A program made the translations under genes and the position numbers. Below, in pieces: positions 59,907-64,000 of a stretch of DNA of 64,000 bases. The stretch lies in the IMG/VR virus record IMGVR_UViG_3300024996_000004; one strand, 5' to 3'. The notes under the pieces are model-generated. The model saw only the letters and a program-made list of their open reading frames with translations. It ran no database searches and was not told the DNA's origin. The stretch's first letter is position 1; every line of letters starts with the position of its first letter. The stretch is from a virus.

Positions 59907-62507
59907 TTAATATTCAAATAGATCGTCCATCATAACAGTTTTTGTTGTTGGAGCATATTCGTCAATAGCTGACAATATAGATTGTAACGGCATATCTACT
60001 AATCGCTTAATTTGATTCTCTCTATCTACCAATGGAGCAAAATGTGTTGTAAACCATTCGGGAGCAATTTTTGTATCAGTTGGTAATGCTATACTCTTAA
60101 ATTTCCCAAATGTTTGTTTCAAATAATAGGTTTTGATCTTCATTCCCGAAATAATCTTCGGTGAATTATGATCACCGTATTCTTCTAAACATTTATTATA
60201 AAACATTGCTGCTGCTACATGTCCCGGTAATCTCAAATTTGGTTCTTTGGCATTATATCGTGCAGTATAACTTTCAATACCTTTAATGCCCTTGGGAAGT
60301 CCAATATCCATCAAATCTTGATTAAACAATTCTTCTTTATATGCCACAATAAGTCGTGCGATATCTTTCCAATCTTGAACTTCTTTCAAGAAATTTTCTA
60401 AGAATTTTATTAATTTTTTACTTATGGGTTTAGGTATGCTGGTTTTCTTTAATTGAACTCCCATAACCTTCATTTTATCGGCTGGCATACCATCTGCATA
60501 AGCAAGATTCATTATATACATTTTCTTTTTAATAAAGATTGATTTTGGAGAAATAGTGTCCAATTCAGCATGCATAAGTTTTGATTGTTCATCTTGACAA
60601 AAAAACGTATTTTTACTAAATGCCGGGAATGATTCATTCACTTTATTCTCTATGAATTTGGCAGTTTCGTACATTTCTTTGACATCTGTTCCATAAGTTT
60701 TAAAATATGTTGAATCTGTATCACCATATACGATAGATTTCGATGGAAACTTATATTCACCATCTAAGATTTTTGCACATGTCTTAGCCATGTGGAATAA
60801 AAACTGTCTTCCAGTTAATGTAGTAGATATCGCCAAACGTATATCATAGAATTTGAAATATTTATTTCCTACCGCACCATAAGTAGAGTTTAACAAAATT
60901 TTCCTAACGAATTGTATTCTATTGTAATATTCGTACTCTTGTTTCAATCTCAAATATTCTTCTGATTCTTTTTCGACTGATGACATAGCTTTTTTAGCTG
61001 CTTTAAGTTTTTTCTTGTATTCTACGCGAGCAGAAAACCATTCGCCTAATATTTCAGGAATCAACCCCATTTTATGTTGATCAAATATCGTACCATGAGC
61101 ACTTAAAGCATGTTGTCTACTTTTGAAAATATCACCCCATTCATTAGCAGGATGCGTTTCTATACTACCATCTTCAAGCGTCAATGTTAATAATTTGCTT
61201 GTATTATCAAAAATTTCTGTAAAAGCATCTTCGGATGTTTGAAATTGTCCAACGATAGTCTCTGGGCTTGCATTCAACATTCTCATGGTAGTAGGATACA
61301 ATGAATTTAAATCGACACTACCTACACCTTCATGCAATCCAACGATAGGGTCAAATACATATGCGCCAGAGAATTTATCAACATTCAAATAATCGGGTTC
61401 TTTAGAATCTGGAACAATTTGATGCAATTCATGATGACATTTGTTAATAATGGCACATTCAACTATTTTCAATGTTTCTAATACATCATGTGGTAATGCC
61501 GTAGAAGATTGATATGTATCTAACGCAAGTTGTAGATAACCAAGCTTTTCTTCAAATCCTTTAAGAACCTCGGTATCTCTGACGTTATATCTGCAGAACA
61601 TTGGAAAATCATTATAATATAAATCGTATAATGATCCTTCATATTCAATTTTTTTCATTTCCGGTAATATTTCTTCGGAAATTGCATCTAATGTGAAAGA
61701 TGGACGTGTAGTAGTTTCAAACTTTTTGAAAATTTCTAAGTAATCTAAATGAACTCTTCCAAAAATATCGACTTGAGTTTGTGTTGATCCTACAAAAACT
61801 TCAACTTCTTTAGACTTAGGTTCGGGTGCATTGTGAAAAGATAATCGACTAGCCATTGATTTATTATATCGATGGCACATCCTACTGTACATATATGGAA
61901 TATCATATCCGGTGCTATTCCAACCACTAATTACATCAGTGTTTTCTATTTCATCTAAAAATCGTAATAATAATTCTTTTTCATTGCTACAAACAACAAT
62001 TTCCGCTATATCATACAAATCCTTCGGAATATCTGATTTAGTCCATTTATCATTATTTGGTAATACTACTAAAAGTATCATTCTATCATTATAATTGTGA
62101 TATAATGAAATAGCACTGATCGGAGCGTAAGGATTTTCTATTGTAGCGTATCCGATAGCAGGATCATAATCGGTTTCGATGTCGAAACATGATAAGTTTA
62201 ATTTTGTTGGAGTTTTGTTGTAATAATTATCAGACAACACTTTATAAATGGGATTTATGTCCGATTCAAACATCTCTATATTTTGTGATTTATAATTCTT
62301 TTTAGATTCGAAGAATTCCCATGAATTTGGAAAACTTTTTTTAATTAATTTGTTTCCGTGAATATCACTAAACGTTCCGTTATTATTTTTTATATAATAA
62401 AAATATGGAGCATCAAAATATTTTGTTACACGCTTTCCCGATTCATCGCGCTCCCAAACCATAACATGTTTACGATCATCGGATAACGTTGCTGATATAT
62501 ATGACAT
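59907..62507 (-). CDS. 43: Family B DNA polymerase (gp43-like)
   Basis: FDIE, GWN...YDIPY, YN..D, DLNSLYP, KILLNSTYG, YGDTDS. Confidence 0.97.
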   Translation of the reverse strand: MSYISATLSDDRKHVMVWERDESGKRVTKYFDAPYFYYIKNNNGTFSDIHGNKLIKKSFPNSWEFFESKKNYKSQNIEMFESDINPIYKVLSDNYYNKTPTKLNLSCFDIETDYDPAIGYATIENPYAPISAISLYHNYNDRMILLVVLPNNDKWTKSDIPKDLYDIAEIVVCSNEKELLLRFLDEIENTDVISGWNSTGYDIPYMYSRMCHRYNKSMASRLSFHNAPEPKSKEVEVFVGSTQTQVDIFGRVHLDYLEIFKKFETTTRPSFTLDAISEEILPEMKKIEYEGSLYDLYYNDFPMFCRYNVRDTEVLKGFEEKLGYLQLALDTYQSSTALPHDVLETLKIVECAIINKCHHELHQIVPDSKEPDYLNVDKFSGAYVFDPIVGLHEGVGSVDLNSLYPTTMRMLNASPETIVGQFQTSEDAFTEIFDNTSKLLTLTLEDGSIETHPANEWGDIFKSRQHALSAHGTIFDQHKMGLIPEILGEWFSARVEYKKKLKAAKKAMSSVEKESEEYLRLKQEYEYYNRIQFVRKILLNSTYGAVGNKYFKFYDIRLAISTTLTGRQFLFHMAKTCAKILDGEYKFPSKSIVYGDTDSTYFKTYGTDVKEMYETAKFIENKVNESFPAFSKNTFFCQDEQSKLMHAELDTISPKSIFIKKKMYIMNLAYADGMPADKMKVMGVQLKKTSIPKPISKKLIKFLENFLKEVQDWKDIARLIVAYKEELFNQDLMDIGLPKGIKGIESYTARYNAKEPNLRLPGHVAAAMFYNKCLEEYGDHNSPKIISGMKIKTYYLKQTFGKFKSIALPTDTKIAPEWFTTHFAPLVDRENQIKRLVDMPLQSILSAIDEYAPTTKTVMMDDLFEY

Positions 62508-62527
62508 AATTTCCTTTCAAAATAATA

Positions 62528-62555
62528 AGAGACAAGAATAACATTCTTGTCTCTC
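62528..62555. terminator. Hairpin upstream of DNA polymerase (terminator or operator)
   Basis: AGAGACAAGAAT-AAC-ATTCTTGTCTCT. Confidence 0.6.
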
Positions 62556-62581
62556 AAGATTATCATCTATCAAATTTTTAA

Positions 62582-62896
62582 TCAATCTTCATCACTATTC
62601 GATGAAGTTGTTATACCATTGATATCCATTACGCCATCATAGATGGTTTCAATCATTGAATGTTCTTCAGTTATTTCATCATAATTATGATCGAATACTA
62701 TTTTTGCAATTTTACCAATAAGTTTTTTTGGAATATGATGTTCTTCATGTAAGACTGCAACACAATCTTTAATATATTCATTTTTGTCTTGAATAAATTG
62801 TTTGGCTCCTGCAATTTCGTAGAACACATCTCTAATTTTCTTTCTGATTGCTGGATCACTTGGAAGTGAAAAACTACTATCGTCTATTTTTGTCAT
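62582..62896 (-). CDS. DsbA-like dsDNA-binding protein
   Basis: LPSDP..RKKI, helical pattern of T4 DsbA family. Confidence 0.65.
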   Translation of the reverse strand: MTKIDDSSFSLPSDPAIRKKIRDVFYEIAGAKQFIQDKNEYIKDCVAVLHEEHHIPKKLIGKIAKIVFDHNYDEITEEHSMIETIYDGVMDINGITTSSNSDED

Positions 62897-62905
62897 ATTT
62901 TTCCT

Positions 62906-63163
62906 TTATATTTGATTTTGTATACCTAACACATATTTTTTATTATCTAAATAATCTATTAAAATTAATTGGCAATAATCATTATCAACCTTGTGTAATC
63001 TGATCATTATTGGACTGTTATCATGTCCATCTCTTTTGTATTTCATTACACGTTTATAAATGCTATTAATTAAATTTTTTACTGGTGTTTTTTCCACCAA
63101 ATCTAAAATAAGATTGCTAATATATTCACTTCTAGTATTGGAATTTTTTTCGTTATTCATCAT
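62906..63163 (-). CDS. Hypothetical protein
   Basis: ORF coupled to upstream gene. Confidence 0.65.
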   Translation of the reverse strand: MMNNEKNSNTRSEYISNLILDLVEKTPVKNLINSIYKRVMKYKRDGHDNSPIMIRLHKVDNDYCQLILIDYLDNKKYVLGIQNQI

Positions 63164-63783
63164 TTAAACCACGTTCTTATGTCGCCCGGAAACTGTTTCG
63201 GATCATATACATAAGGAGTTTTAGCAGTAATTAATACTCTAACGTAGTTAAGATTTCCAAACATTATATTACTAAATGTATGTAAAAAATTTGAACCAGA
63301 CGGAAACATCAACATTGTTCCAGCTTTGGGTTTTATTGTCAAGTTATGATTGATGAATTCCATATCACCACCGAAACTTTCTAAAAGAGAATCGCGTAAA
63401 TCATTTTCTTTAGATGTTGATAAGAAGATAATAATGGTAAAATCTATGTCTTTTGATTTTACCCATTTACCATCAAAAAGCATGGAATTATCCGTTTGAG
63501 GAACGTGAGCCTTATAGCCTTCTGTCATCCATTCATAACTAAAAGGTGCAATATCACGAGTTTCAAACCCATAATAAGGTTCAGCAATATCTAACAAATC
63601 ATCAACAAAAGGCATTAACCTAGTTTCTTCTAGTTGATTATATTTAATTGTTTTAATTGGATTTAATTTAATATCATTATCAGGTAATGAATGTTTTAAA
63701 CTTAAAACAACTTCTTCACATTTTTCTAATGAAATAACATCTTCTTGTAAGATAAATGGAGATTTGATAATTTTTTGTACCAT
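63160..63783 (-). CDS. 2OG-Fe(II) oxygenase-fold protein (prolyl-hydroxylase-like; HxD degenerate)
   Basis: TIIIFL, FGGDMEF, IKPKAGTMLMFPS, distal H; QTD replaces HxD. Confidence 0.75.
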   Translation of the reverse strand: MVQKIIKSPFILQEDVISLEKCEEVVLSLKHSLPDNDIKLNPIKTIKYNQLEETRLMPFVDDLLDIAEPYYGFETRDIAPFSYEWMTEGYKAHVPQTDNSMLFDGKWVKSKDIDFTIIIFLSTSKENDLRDSLLESFGGDMEFINHNLTIKPKAGTMLMFPSGSNFLHTFSNIMFGNLNYVRVLITAKTPYVYDPKQFPGDIRTWFK

Positions 63784-63843
63784 AGTTAATATTCCACATA
63801 TTTTGTGAATATAACAGATGATATCTTGTATGTCAACTAATAA

Positions 63844-64000
63844 TTAAAATCCAGAAGCTGTTGATGTACTCATCTGTCCTTGAGTCGGAGCAGCCGTGTT
63901 GGGTGCTTGATTAGCTAGATTGTTAGTTTGGTTTGGTTGATTAGTTTGAACTGGTTGCTTTTTTTGATCATTAGTTTGATCTGACTTGTATTGGGCGTTC
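63844..64000 (-). CDS. C-terminus of a protein running off the window
   Basis: Q/N/T-rich open frame ending STASGF-TAA. Confidence 0.6.
   Translation of the reverse strand, partial: NAQYKSDQTNDQKKQPVQTNQPNQTNNLANQAPNTAAPTQGQMSTSTASGF

Noticed and set aside
59907-62507. Intein or intron in DNA polymerase
   Set aside because: Normal length and motif spacing
1-64000. tRNA or rRNA genes
   Set aside because: No cloverleaf or T-loop signature noticed in intergenic DNA; a tRNA scan would be needed to be sure

Overview
This window is part of a large T4-related (jumbo-type) dsDNA phage genome with two distinct parts. (1) Bases 1 to ~6400 are visibly more GC-rich (about 45% by eye, versus about 30% elsewhere). 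They hold ~19 mostly small plus-strand ORFs, including an ArdC-like antirestriction protein and an L7/L12-CTD-like protein. Most ORFs sit behind their own near-consensus sigma70 promoter, whose TTGACA often contains the previous gene's TGA stop. Three copies of a leftward promoter followed by the invariant AGTGTGGAGGATGG and a hairpin suggest a small-RNA family. An A/T-tract repeat region (~6500-6780) marks the boundary. (2) The AT-rich remainder carries T4-like core genes: topoisomerase II subunits, NrdA/NrdB, RNase H, sliding clamp, family B DNA polymerase, and DsbA-like and Hef-like proteins. It also carries GMP reductase, TATAAATA-type late promoters, many proteins with capsid-targeting-like N-termini, and virion fibre genes. 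The most striking system is a 1895-aa mucin-like Thr/Pro-repeat protein with SPRY/lectin-like domains. It is encoded convergent with a glycosylation cluster of HtrL-like and GT-A glycosyltransferases, a carbamoyltransferase-glycosyltransferase fusion and a Gnt1/GT60-like polypeptide GlcNAc transferase. This suggests phage-encoded mucin-type O-glycosylation of virion fibres. All calls come from motif recognition; no database searches were run.
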